Source: Octopus vulgaris (lineage: Eukaryota). Taken from it: a DNA stretch of 64,000 nt. Made by a program: the position numbers and the translations under genes. The stretch spans positions 95,666,001-95,730,000 of the forward strand of contig OX597820.1 of assembly GCA_951406725.2 (NCBI GenBank). Direction: 5' to 3'. The notes below the pieces were generated by a model. That model ran no database searches. It saw only the letters and a program-made list of their open reading frames with translations, and had not been told where the DNA came from. This document shows positions 15,440-28,600 of the stretch, piece by piece (position 1 is the stretch's first letter; each line of letters begins with the position of its first letter).

Positions 15440-16680
15440 GTGTAGTCCAGACACTGTGGACGGAGAACTGCTTTTGCCTCGGGAGATCTTCAGTAACTTG
15501 CTTGTAATCAGACAGGACTCATTCTTTGTATTTTGCTCCTCTTTTGTTTTATTACAATCCTTAACCCCTTTGCTTCCTTCGCCTTACAATGCAGTCTTCC
15601 TACATGCAGAAAACGATGGGTCAGGGATGAATGCAGGGAACTCTTTGGTTTCTCGGTACACTAACTCTTCAGTTCCTGGTGTTAGCAGAACTTAACTGAA
15701 ATATGCTAAAAATATTATAAGTTAAGATTTCTTTGCTCACAAACCTTTTTCTTTTCAATACTAATTGATGTAATTCTTACAAACATTTATTTAAATTCAG
15801 ATTACAATTAATCAGCCTTATGTTTCATTTTCTTGTGCTTAGAATCCTTTATTAGTTCTCCTATAAAATCTTCCGATTCTCTAATCTCTTGAATCCATAG
15901 CTTCCCTTCAGTACGTATTATTGCAGCATGTGTTGATGAAGTCTTTCTTCCTTCACCTCCTTCGTCTACATCAATTGACCTACTTGTCACCACATCTACA
16001 ACAGCCACACATTTTAGACACCATACGCATCGATTTCACAAACGGAGACCTGGACAGCACCATTCAGTGGGGGTCCCGCTAATACTGCTTCTTGTTCACT
16101 TCAAATGCTGAACTTCAGTATCACCGAGGATCTCTTCTGGCAAAATTACATCCTTAGCATAGCTAGAACCGCATCTAAAAGACTGAACCTTATTTTCAAG
16201 ACCAGAAAAATTCCAATCTCCCATAGTTGCTGATGCTCTATGAGGCTCAGGTGAGGTCTACAACTACTCCCAGGACGGTGCTACTGCTGTGCATACTAAT
16301 ATCCTGGACAACATATAGAAAAAGGATATTGGACTTAGTGATATAAAATCATTTAGTGATAGATTCCAGCCTCATATTCACATGTGTTCTGTTTCTGTGC
16401 AAACTTTTCGGTCATTGTTAAAATGGCTTCCATTTTTCGGATCTAGCTGATCTTGAACCTCCACCGTTCAATCAGCAACGACTCACTCGTCTCGCTACTT
16501 CTCGTTACTCTTACTACTTCCACCACACTCTGGTCATACACTGAGCACCATGCTCAGTCAATCTACTCTAGAACATCGTTGTTCTGGATTCTTTTACTGG
16601 CTAATGTCTTTCCTGCAAGCGTTGTTCCGCAACAGAATATATAGATTACTTCTACCGATCTTTGAAGCATCAATTTCACC
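15440..16680 (-). mobile_element. Possible decayed BEL/Pao LTR retrotransposon fragment
   Basis: Minus-strand GDWNFSGLENKVQ (cf. WKxFVxNRV), followed by a GP..W-like segment and EGKLWIQEIRE (cf. AExxWIxxxQ). Heavily degenerate. Confidence 0.35.
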
Positions 16681-18299
16681 GATTTTTGAAGGCACACAAC
16701 AAAAGACAAGAGCCCTGTAATTTCTTTCAAACTTAACAAATAAAAAGCAAAATGCAAAATGAATTTTCTTAATTGTTTGATTTTTTAATTAATTTGAGAT
16801 ATTCAGCTCTGACAAAATCTGTGTCTAAAGCTATTCCTAAACCTAATTTTACGGTGTTAATTTCATGATGATGTCTTTTGTTTTAACTTTGTGGGTCAAG
16901 TATACACATTACTTTTTCCGATGTTCTATTTTTCCTTCAATTATCCCCAATCTAAGTGTGTAATACTATACATTAGCAAACTGAGCTGAGGATGATGATA
17001 ACCCTAATTATAGCAGCTATTAAATTTCGGTACGGTCGATCCAACATTTATTTATCAATTTATTTATTTATATATTTATTGTTTATTTGTTTCCCTGTAA
17101 AATGTACACGATGATTTTGATGATAATAAAAACGTTGCTCACCAAATTCTTACTTTCCTTTCAGCATTTTATGATTTGTATGTTAATTGTGTTCATGATT
17201 TAATGCTTCAATAGTTTTTACTCAAAAATGAAGATTACTATGAAGATCACGTTAATGTTGCTGCTACTGCCGCCGCTGCTACTGCTGCTACCGTTGCTAC
17301 TACTACTTATTAGGCTCAAGGGCTGACAGTGATGCAACAAAAGCAATGCACATTGAACATCGAGAAATTTACAAAACACCAGAAGTTGGACAAACGACAT
17401 TACATAAAGCAGAGGGAAGGGTGAGGACCTTATGTAATAGATAGCTTAAACATTTAATAAGATATGAAATAAATCTCTAGGAAAATAAGAGCCGAACTAC
17501 TCTGTCCACAGAGCTGTTCGTCACACGCTATAAATTAAAGCAAGATGATTTTGAAGTATTTAATTTGCTTTTATCTTAAGTCAGGAAATTACCAAGCGCG
17601 GGTGTCAGATCGGATGCCAGATTAAATCTACTGCTCCACAAAGCCCTGGGCAGGATTTGAACTCAAATGGATAAGTGATGTTAGAAATATCATAGCGTAT
17701 ATGGTTAATCCTTCTTTGAGTTCTGTCAAACCATAGTCTTGGATTGTCATATTTTAGTAACTCCGCAAGAATGAAATCCAAGAAGTGGCCTCGGTAGGAA
17801 TTTAACATAGGCTAGAGAATCGAAACAAATGTTGTATAACATTTCGTCTAACTCTGCCAATTCGCCACCTAGAAGCAAATTAGGTAAAACTGAAACAATA
17901 GCGAACCCATTCAAGTTATTCATCGAATTCCCATATGCAATGTTCATTTTTATTAGGAAATTGAAGATGTCAAAAATATATTTTAAAGAAATTTTTCAAA
18001 ATAACTATTTAAAATATTGTGCATATTCAATATCAAATATCTACATAATTATAAAAAATAATGAAAAAGATATATTTTTCTTATGTATAATGCCAAAAAT
18101 ATCTTAAGTGAGAATATGACAATTATAAACGAAAGATAAAAAATATTTTAAATTTTAGAACATTTAATGAGAAATTAATCAATAACTAGTTTGTTAAATG
18201 TTTGAAGAAAAATTGTATTTTTTAAAATCCCAATTTATCATTTATGAGATACAAAACCATAAAAAAGGACAACGTAATATTACTACATGCCACTAGACC

Positions 18300-18560
18300 G
18301 TGTACGGCAACGTGTTAACTTAAATTTCATAACGTCTCTATTTCTCTCTATTGCAAAGGCACTGTATAGTGATTAGGAGTGGACGTTTGAATGAGTTGAA
18401 GATAGTAGAGGTTCTGAGGAGGAAGGAATTGCGATTTGAGATGTTTATTGCGTTGTTTCAGACATGATATGACATGGAAGGAGACACCTATTATTTTGAC
18501 AAGTCTGTATAACTCGGTTTGCTAGATCCATAGAAGCAGTAAACATAGAAATAGTAAATA
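18300..18560 (-). mobile_element. Possible CR1/L2 LINE 3' end remnant
   Basis: Minus-strand RNSFLLRTSTIFNSF resembles the conserved SFxxRTxxxWNxLP C-terminal motif. Confidence 0.3.
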
Positions 18561-19077
18561 TAGCTTGTTCCGGTTGTGAATGTTTGCTATTAATTCGGAT
18601 GACATTTTATTACTATTTTTTGTTGTATGTGGGCGCTATCACAACAGATTTTGTGTGTACTACTTTCTGCATAACGTATTAATTATTCGTCGTCACTAAA
18701 ATATAAAGATATATCAAGAGATATGTTAAGAAATATTGACATTAAGCTCACGCTACAGGCGCAGCATTATAACGATTTTATATTTCCTGGTTTTATATTT
18801 GCCAAACGAAAAATTTCTTCAAAAAGATTCCTTTGTAGGGTTGCTTATTCAAAAGGAAAGATCAATATACCCGTGAATATTTGGTAGTATTGAACATTTC
18901 AAATCGAATATACAAATACGCTCGCTCTGTAATCCGAATTCTTTTCTTTGCTTTCAATTGTATGGAGCTACATGAAACCTATGGTTACAGTCCATGAAAT
19001 TTATATATTATTTGCATACCTACATGTATTTTAATTTGCTTATATACACTTATACAGACACACATACAAGCCCCCCC

Positions 19078-19115
<38 letters not shown>

Positions 19116-19126
19116 TATATAGAAGG

Positions 19127-19177
19127 AGCTTCTACAGGACTAGTACTGTTTCATTCAAGAGAAATCTTCAGGAAGCT
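19127..19177 (-). ncRNA. Type-I hammerhead ribozyme motif (inverted copy, sense to the LGR pre-mRNA)
   Basis: Exact reverse complement of 20994-21044. Confidence 0.7.
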
Positions 19178-20117
19178 ATTTAACAAGAATTGTATTAGCA
19201 TTTATACATTTAGGCAGGTTTAAAGGAGTGGTGGTGGGGGACTTTTTGGGGGTAGGCATAGCGCAAAATGTCATACTTGGGGGAGTGGTCAAGGAGTCAG
19301 TGGTAAGTTAGATGAAAGAATAGATAAATAAAAAAAATAAAAAAGTAAAAAAATAAAAAAATAAAAAAAATATATAAAAATAAAAAATAAAAAATAAAAA
19401 GTAAAAAAATAAAATAAGATAAAATAAAAAAATAAAAAAATAAAAAATATAAAAAATATATATAAAAAAATATATATATAAAATATATATATACAAAAAT
19501 ATATATATAAAAAAAGGGGGGATAGAGTTATAGGTAAATAAGGAGATTCTCACTTATACCTATACACACATGTATACGTATCTACACACACATACATACA
19601 TACACATATATATACACACACATATACATATATACATATATATACATACATATACATACCTACACATACACACATACATACATACAAATATACATATACA
19701 TATATATATATACAATCCAATACAGGCCCATTCCCTAATTTTAATTTTATTATCTTCATTTATTACTTTTGTTATCTTTGATCGCTAGGGCTAAGAATCC
19801 TGGCAATGGCTGCAGTCCATTTGTCTGTCTACTAGAAGGCAAGTACTCATTCCCGCACGCACACTCATTAGCACGTACATTCACCCATTCGTACACTCAT
19901 ACACATACACGTACGCACGCGTTATATTCATACATACAAACATCTACATACGTTCACGTATATACACATACGTACTCGTACCTACAGATTCGTGTCTACA
20001 CTTTAGGAGGCTAGACTATACATATACACCAATAAATATACATATATATATATATATATATATACCCGCATATACATACACACACACACATATATACTCC
20101 TACATACAGATACATAC

Positions 20118-20149
<32 letters not shown>

Positions 20150-20150
20150 G

Positions 20151-20192
<42 letters not shown>

Positions 20193-20383
20193 CATACACA
20201 TACACACATACATATACACACACATACATACACATATATATACATACACAAACATATATACACACATATATATATATATACATACACACATACACACATA
20301 CATACGTATACATACATACATACATCCATACATCCATACTTACATGCATTTATACGCATACACACACCCATCTATATATATGC

Positions 20384-20415
<32 letters not shown>

Positions 20416-20695
20416 TCACACATACATATACAAATCCACGCACACACATACATACATACACGTATACGCATACACGCACATACACATATACATGCGTACC
20501 CATACACGTGCACACACGCACGCGCATCCATATATATACACACACACACATATATATACACGTGTGCAAGCATACATACATACTCATACGCGCACACATA
20601 CTTACAAATACATATATGCACACACTTACACACATATATATACATACACATATACATGCATACAAACATATATGCATACATACACACACGCACTC

Positions 20696-20738
<43 letters not shown>

Positions 20739-20805
20739 CATATATATATACATACAAAGATACACATACGCATACATACACATACACATACATACACACA
20801 TATAT

Positions 20806-20850
<45 letters not shown>

Positions 20851-20993
20851 TACACATATACACATATACATACATATACATACACACACACATACATATA
20901 TACATATACACTGATACACATACCCATACATACACATGCATATACTTATATCACTACATACTCACATATATAAACATACAATTCTTGTTAAAT

Positions 20994-21044
20994 AGCTTCC
21001 TGAAGATTTCTCTTGAATGAAACAGTACTAGTCCTGTAGAAGCT
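20994..21044 (+). ncRNA. Type-I hammerhead ribozyme motif
   Basis: AGCTTC-CTGAAGA-TTTCTCTTGAAT-GAAA-CAG-TACTAGTC-CTG-TA-GAAGCT. Stem I has 6 bp, stem III is closed and the triplet is GUA. Stem II has 3 bp above a U.U base. Confidence 0.7.
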
Positions 21045-21127
21045 CCTTCTATATAATAAATTAATTTTACTCTGCTATGTATTGAGTACCTTACTTACTG
21101 TGGTTAACCCCGAATCAACCCGGGACC

Positions 21128-21213
<86 letters not shown>

Positions 21214-21491
21214 TGTATGTTCTGAAATCTCAAGAACAGATCAAAGGTGTGTGGCGACTAGCATAGTCGCCACACCAAAGTGGCTGTTCCATGTTACCAC
21301 TGGTTTAACCCCAGGCAGATCTTCCGTCAGCTGTTTATCGGTGTGATGCTGCAATCTTTATATAAAATAAATATTCCTAGTAGAGGGAAAGAACCCCTAT
21401 CACCATCTAGCAGGTAACAGAATCGCTCTGGCAGACAGGTGCTCACGACTGAGAATGAGCAAAATAGGTCGAAACTGAACCAGTGTGTATT

Positions 21492-21522
<31 letters not shown>

Positions 21523-21590
21523 AAATGTATATATAATATATATATATATAAATACATATTTATATACATATATATACATATACATATATA

Positions 21591-21622
<32 letters not shown>

Positions 21623-22297
21623 CATACACATATATGTATATGTGTATGTATGTATATATAGATATATATATATTTATATAGAGTTACGTATACATACATA
21701 TAATATAAAATAAGTGAATGGAAACTATGCTCAGGATAGATAGCACAGAGTAGGACTCAATTGTATAGTTACTTAAATCCAACTTCATCCAGGCTGGCGT
21801 CGCAGCATCGAGAGTTAGTTATAAGAGCAATCCCTACTAAGCTGTTTTGGAGGTAGTAAAGTTTAGAAATATAGTTAGGCTTGAGACGTATATTTTTACA
21901 TGGAACATAAAATACAGAATAAAGAAAACTGTGTAAAATCTTATCTCGACAGCTGTTTCAGGTTGACAACGATTCACGTCATAACGATATTCATAAGTAA
22001 TGTTTAATGATGTCACAGGAGTATATCCAGTGACAAGTCCAAATGAAATTGTTTAAGTAAGTTAGGCGTCACTTTTCAAGAGCAGAGTCACAAATGTGAA
22101 TTGTCTAGCAGTGTCTGCAAATATATAGCTTCAAAAACAATAGAGAAGGGTAGTAAAAAGGGGAGGTGTTGGAAAATTAAGCTTTGAGATAAGAGAGGGC
22201 GGGGGCAATAGCAGAAGAAAGTACGGCAAGGAAAAGATGAGAAATTATACTGTTTTTGCATAATGAATAAAGGTCTTGTAGAATGTGACTGCAAGAG

Positions 22298-22390
<93 letters not shown>

Positions 22391-22397
22391 ATATATA

Positions 22398-22438
<41 letters not shown>

Positions 22439-22547
22439 ATACATATATATTTATATAAATATTTGTACATCTATTTAGAATTATATGTTATCATTAACAC
22501 ACACGCATATACACGCACACATGCACACACATTCACAGGCACAGCTA

Positions 22548-22568
22548 TTTATCTATCTATCTATCTAC

Positions 22569-22650
<82 letters not shown>
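22548..22650. repeat. (ATCT)n microsatellite (LINE target)
   Basis: Seen directly. Confidence 0.97.
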
Positions 22651-22651
<1 letters not shown>

Positions 22652-22653
22652 AG

Positions 22654-25320
22654 GAACGAAGGGATCGAAGCTGCGCAAGAGGCCCGGGTAGTAGAGGCGC
22701 AGCGTGGCAACAGAGCCACCATTCGGTCTCTAATAGATCAACAGGGATGCAGTTTACTCGAACCCGAACGGATGTGTGAGGCCTTTCAACAGCACTTTGC
22801 TCGACTGTTTGGTGCGAGTGGTGGGTCGGAACGCGGGATGGATTTCAGTGCCTACCTGACCGACCTGCCGCGGCTCTCGGCAAGAGAAGCGGAGTGTTGT
22901 GAAAGTCCCATCACAGCCGCTGACGTGCGGGATGCGATGGCGGGCTGCGCGAGGGATAAGTCGCCTGGATTGGATGGTTTACCCTACGAGCTGTATCGTC
23001 AAATGCCAGACTTGTTTGGCGACATCTTGGCATTAGTCTATTGCAACTGGCAACAAAACGGGAGAATCCCCGGTTTCGTGAGCCGAGGTGCAGTGACGTT
23101 GCTGAAGAAAGACCCAAACAAGGGGAATTTTATATATAATTTCAGGCCCATCACTCTGCTCAACACAGATTTGAAAATTTTGGCCAAAGTAATAGCCGAG
23201 AGGTTGGCGCTTGTCATTGGTAAACTGGTCAACAGGGCGCAAACATGCGCCGTGCCGGGCAGAACCATACATGACAACCTCCATCTGATGCGCTACATTG
23301 TAGACAGGGTAGTTAAGGATCCTGGCATAGGTGGGGCGCTGATAAATTTGGATCAGTCTAAAGCCTTCGATAGGGTCGACCATCGGTACTTGGCGGCCGT
23401 CCTCAGGGCGGCTGGCTTCGGTCCTGTCTTCCGCGGTTGGATCGCTGCCTTGTATAGCGGCATCCGATCGGTGATTCGGGTGAACAGTCACCTGTCGAAA
23501 CCGTTTGACATCACGCGTTCGGTCCGTCAGGGGTGTCCCCTGTCGGCGCTTCTGTATGTATTGACTCTCGAGCCACTACTGCGGAAGCTGGCGACACCGA
23601 GGAGCATCCCACGGGAACTGGGTTGCGGGACGAGCGTGTCGGCATATGCGGACGATGTCACCGTCATAGTGTCGAGTGAAAAACACATCCAGATGATAGG
23701 CGAGACACTAAGAAAATACGAAACGGTGACGGGAGCGAAGATTAACCCAGAAAAGTCAGTGGGTTTGCTACTCGGCACCTGGAGAAGCAAGCCCATGCCG
23801 TCCGACTGCGGCTCAGTAGTGGGACGCTGGACGGACGGACCGGTTAAATTGCTCGGAGTCTGGTTCAGTCCGGACCTCCAAATGGATAAGAACTGGGACG
23901 AGATCACGAGTAGAGTGGTCGCTCTCAGCCAAACATGGGCCGAGAGAAAGCTGTCTCTAAAAGGCCGGGCGGAGGTAGCGAACGCGTACATCGCATCCGT
24001 CATCGATTACCGCCTGACCGTCGTACCTTGTCCCGACGCCACCATCACCAAACTGGAACGCATACTCTTCCGCTTCCTGTGGAAGGGTGGCGTTCCGATG
24101 GTGAGGAAGTCTATTTGCTGTCAACATCCGTTGAATGGAGGACTGGGCATGCCGTGGTTGATGATGCGCAGGCATGCGCTGAGACTGCGACATCTCTGGA
24201 ACTTCATCGACGACGGTGAACAGGTGTGGGCGCCGTTTGTGAGGTGCGCCTTCCCGCAGCTCGTCTCACTGACCGAACTGCAAACGTGGATCAAGAAGAG
24301 ACCGAAACTGGGCGATTGGCACCGAGAGTGTCGCCAAGCTCTACAGCAGCTCTGCCGACCGGGGTCAAACTTGTGCAACTTACAAACGACTAAAGCGTCC
24401 TATAGAGGACTAGTGGATGGGAGGTCTGACGACACACTCGGGGCAAACCTGGGCATCGACGAGAAATTCCTAACCCGCCTGTTCAGGACGACGTTCGGGC
24501 TGGGGCCTATGGATAACTTCCAGAAATCCCTGGCTTGGCAGTGCTATCGAGACGCACTACCTGTTCGAGAGAAGAGCTACAGACACGGTTCGAAAACCAT
24601 CACCGGACCGACCTGCCCGAAATGCGGTCAGAGCGACGAAACCGTTCTGCACGCACTCGTGCAGTGTCCAGATATTTCAGAGCTGTGGAATTCGTCGAAC
24701 AGCTGTTGTCACGTGTAGGTCGGGCCCGCCTATCGGCCGAGTCTATCGTCTATGTTGTTCCACCACCTTCCTTTAAACGGGAAGGGAAAACGGTTTTCGT
24801 TACGCTGATGGCTATGGCGAAAGAATGTGTGTGGTGGACGCGTTTGAAAGGACTGCAAACAAACACCTTCCTCTCTGGTCAGTCTCTCGTCAACTTTTTC
24901 AAGTACCACTTGAAAAGGAGGATGCGAATAGAGAGGAAGGCTTTGTCGAACGAATGTTTTACTAAAAAGTGGGTAAAAGTGGCAAAAATGGTCAGTATGA
25001 AAGACGCCACTATTTTAAGCATAAATCTGTAACCAAAAGAGACAACGAGAAGTAAGGCGACTTACTCATGTGTTCTTTTTCGAACTGTCTGAGGTGACCT
25101 TGGTCTTTATTGTAGGTTTTTCTTTCCAAGGCTACACCTAAACTGTGAACCTTATATATATATATATTGCTTTTTTATACACCACACAACCCACAGATTC
25201 CTATTGATCAAACGGTTTTTTTTGTGCCCCACCCATCCCACCTCGAAAAGAAAAAATTCTACATTGTATTTCGTCCATTTTTATTCTGTGTTTAGCCCTG
25301 TGTTGCTACAATAAAAAGTT
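22654..25320 (+). mobile_element. 5'-truncated L1/Tx1-clade LINE (RT + CCHC domain + 3'UTR)
   Basis: GC-rich island with RT motifs KSPGLDG, FRPITLLNTDLKILAK, LDQSKAFDRVDH, QGCPLS and YADD, plus the zinc knuckle CPKC..DETVLHALVQC. One frameshift near 24690 continues into ORF 24535..25032. AATAAA lies near 25310. TSD atctatctatctatctaag at 22635-22653 and 25321-25339. Confidence 0.92.
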
Positions 25321-25339
25321 ATCTATCTATCTATCTAAG

Positions 25340-25400
<61 letters not shown>

Positions 25401-25439
25401 GTGTGTGTGTGTGTGTGTGTGTGTATGTATATATATATA

Positions 25440-25489
<50 letters not shown>

Positions 25490-25656
25490 CATATATATTT
25501 ATATAAATATTTGTACATCTATTTAGGATTATATGTTATCATTAACACACACACATATACACGCACATATGCTCACACATTCACAGGCACAGCTATCTAT
25601 CTATCTATCTATCCATCTATCCATCTATCTATCTATCTATCTATATCTTCTTCTTA

Positions 25657-26105
<449 letters not shown>

Positions 26106-26109
26106 AGAA

Positions 26110-26483
26110 GGCTTTTAGTCGAACAGAACGACTACAGGACTGATTTTTTCAAAGCCTGAAACTTATTGCATCGGCTCCTCTTGCCAAAGTGCTAGGTTAC
26201 AATGAGCTCCCCCTGCACCAATTGTCAAGCGGTGGAGGGGGACAAACACAGACAAAAAGACTCACACACAGACACAAACAAATATATATATACATACACA
26301 TACACACACAATATATATATTTGAAAGAGCAGAGATGGCTTTTTTAGGGGATAATTTTTATTTTATTCTTGATAATAGTGTTTACAGTGACTTGTAAAAT
26401 AAAAGTTTTCCCCTCAAAAAAGCCATCTAACCTCATTAGTTCATATATATACGATACGCTAGCTTTCTCCTTATTATTCTACT

Positions 26484-26530
<47 letters not shown>

Positions 26531-26690
26531 GCTCCACTCAGTTTCTGTTTACAAAATATCCACGCACACAACTTTGATCGGCCCGAGGCTATAGTAGAAG
26601 ACACTTGCCTAAAGTGTCATGCAGTGAGATTGGACCCAGAACCGTGTCATTGCGAAGCAAACTTCTTACCACATGGACTCGCCTGTGCTT
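26110..26690 (-). mobile_element. SINE family A, diverged and interrupted
   Basis: ggcccgaggctatagtagaagacacttgcc core and tail fragments in minus orientation. Confidence 0.65.
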
Positions 26691-27105
26691 ACACACATAC
26701 ACATACACACACATACACACACAAGCACACACACACATACACGCACACACACAAACGCAAACACATACACACAAAGAGTTAGCAAATAGACCATCTATGT
26801 TGATCTACATTAAAATCATAGATAGGTACTTAAAAAGGTAATTTAAGTCTGTATCTTAATATATTAGCTGTTATAATAATAGTCTTGAATAGGTGGATAC
26901 TTCATATTTGGTGCGGGAAAACATTTCTTTGAGTTATGAAATATACTGATAGCCTTAAAAGTTATATCGATCTGAAAACATGATACTGCTTTTCTGCAAT
27001 AAACTCCATTCTTCAAGTGGAATGTCTGTAATTCAAGGATTCTTGAATAAACACCAGTTTTTTCATTCATGTGTTAATAATGCAAAGTATATCTCTAACT
27101 TTGTT

Positions 27106-27109
27106 AATA

Positions 27110-27151
<42 letters not shown>

Positions 27152-27205
27152 TTGATGACGACGACAACAACGACAACGACGACGACGACGACGACGATGA
27201 TGATG

Positions 27206-27245
<40 letters not shown>
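27106..27245. repeat. (GAT)n-(GAC/AAC)n-(AAT)n compound trinucleotide microsatellite
   Basis: Seen directly. Confidence 0.95.
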
Positions 27246-27247
<2 letters not shown>

Positions 27248-27442
27248 TCTCCGTGAACTACAAAAGATAACTTTGATGGGTACTGCCCATATACTACGGA
27301 AAGCACTCTCCATCTAAAATGCAATATATGTGGTGATAATTTTAGCATTCATAGCAAAACAAAATTGCCCTTGTTACTCTTGGCCTCCAGAGGATGCCCG
27401 GTACTAAGGCAGCTGAAATAAGGTTATAATGACAGGAAACTA

Positions 27443-27443
<1 letters not shown>
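27246..27443 (+). mobile_element. 3' end of a Dong/R4-like LINE within (TAA)n
   Basis: 27246-27317 encodes NLRELQKITLMGTAHILRKALSI*, the R4/Dong C-terminal QKxxLLGTAHILRK motif. A short 3'UTR follows, and (AAT)n flanks both sides. Confidence 0.7.
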
Positions 27444-27499
<56 letters not shown>

Positions 27500-28172
27500 G
27501 TAATAATAATAATAAGGATGATAACCAGGCAGTGGCTCTCATGGCTTCTGATCTTAACTGATTGGAAGTGTTATCATGTACATTGTTTTGTCTTGGTATA
27601 AAAGATGGGCTTCAGCAAATATTCTGCTCAATACCACAGATTCACTTGTCAGTTGTTTGACCGTAACCAGTTGAGCATGTCCCTTAGCGGTTGACGATAT
27701 GTGCATCTCTGATCATGAGTAGAAGTAGTGGGGGAACATCATAGATAATCAAGTATATAATGCGGTTGTTTGATGAAACTGATTTTTCAAATAGAGGACT
27801 GCACACACACACACACTTACGTGCGCGCATGCACATACACGCACACACACATGCAACCATATGCGCGCGCACACACACGCAAAGAAAGATTTTCTTAAAA
27901 GTTATTAGCTATTTAAAAAAAGACGTTTTTAGAAAAGCAGAACAAGAACTTTTGGGAATGACATTTTCGTATTGATTGTAAGCGCTTTTATTGTTGAACT
28001 TTTTAAACACACTCATAATGGGGTAATCTGTGTGTATTCTCGCGTGAAGATCGCGTTGTTTTTCGTAATGATGGTGACTACTTCCGGCTCAGTTTCAGAA
28101 TTGGAATTCTTATCACATTTTTAGTTTGCCTTTCGTAGTTGATCACGTTCTTCAAATGGGAATATTTTGAAT

Positions 28173-28337
28173 AGGCGCAGGAGTGGCTGTGTGGTAAGTA
28201 GCTTGTTTACCAACCACATGGTTCCGGGTTCAGACCACTGCGTGGCACCTTGGGCAAGTGTCTTCTACTATAGCCTCGGGCCGACCAAAGCCTTGTGAGT
28301 GGATTTGGTAGACCGAAACTGAAAGAAGCCCGTCGTA

Positions 28338-28379
<42 letters not shown>

Positions 28380-28600
28380 TGTGTGTGTTTGTGTGTCTGT
28401 GTTTGTCCCCCTAGCATTGCTTGACAACCGATGCTGGTGTGTTTATGTCCCCGTTACTTAGCGGTTCGGCAAAAGAGACCGATAGAATACGTACTGGGCT
28501 TACAAAAGAATAAGTCCCGGGGTCGAGTTGCTCGATTAAAGGCGGTGCTCCAGCATGGCCGCAGTCGGATGACTGAAACAAGTAAAAGAGTAAAAGAGTA
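28173..28600 (+). mobile_element. tRNA-derived SINE family A (internal TA/TG microsatellite), young copy
   Basis: aggcgcaggagtggctgtgtggtaag head with A/B-box-like motifs and a (gtaaaaga)n tail. Near-identical to 62742-63151 and to the reverse complement of 8901-9305. Confidence 0.88.

Larger units (their letters stand above)
19111..21130. mobile_element. Non-autonomous Penelope-type element with 85-bp perfect inverted repeats (19111-19195 / 20976-21060), flanked by (TA)n
   Basis: The arms are exact reverse complements and each contains a hammerhead core. The interior is non-coding low-complexity sequence. Confidence 0.7.

Noticed and set aside
15368-15440. CTGATGA motif as a hammerhead
   Set aside because: No GAAA or stem III at a compatible position.
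21945-22090. Minus-strand GAAACAGCTGTC minimal-hammerhead 3' half (a similar one is near 47420)
   Set aside because: No recognisable CUGANGA upstream; too degenerate to call.
22349-22653. N-terminal ~100 aa of the 789-aa ORF
   Set aside because: Read-through of microsatellite upstream of the 5'-truncated LINE; not part of ORF2.
26980-27348. Poly-D/poly-N/poly-H ORFs
   Set aside because: A compound trinucleotide microsatellite in an intron, with no splice or coding support.
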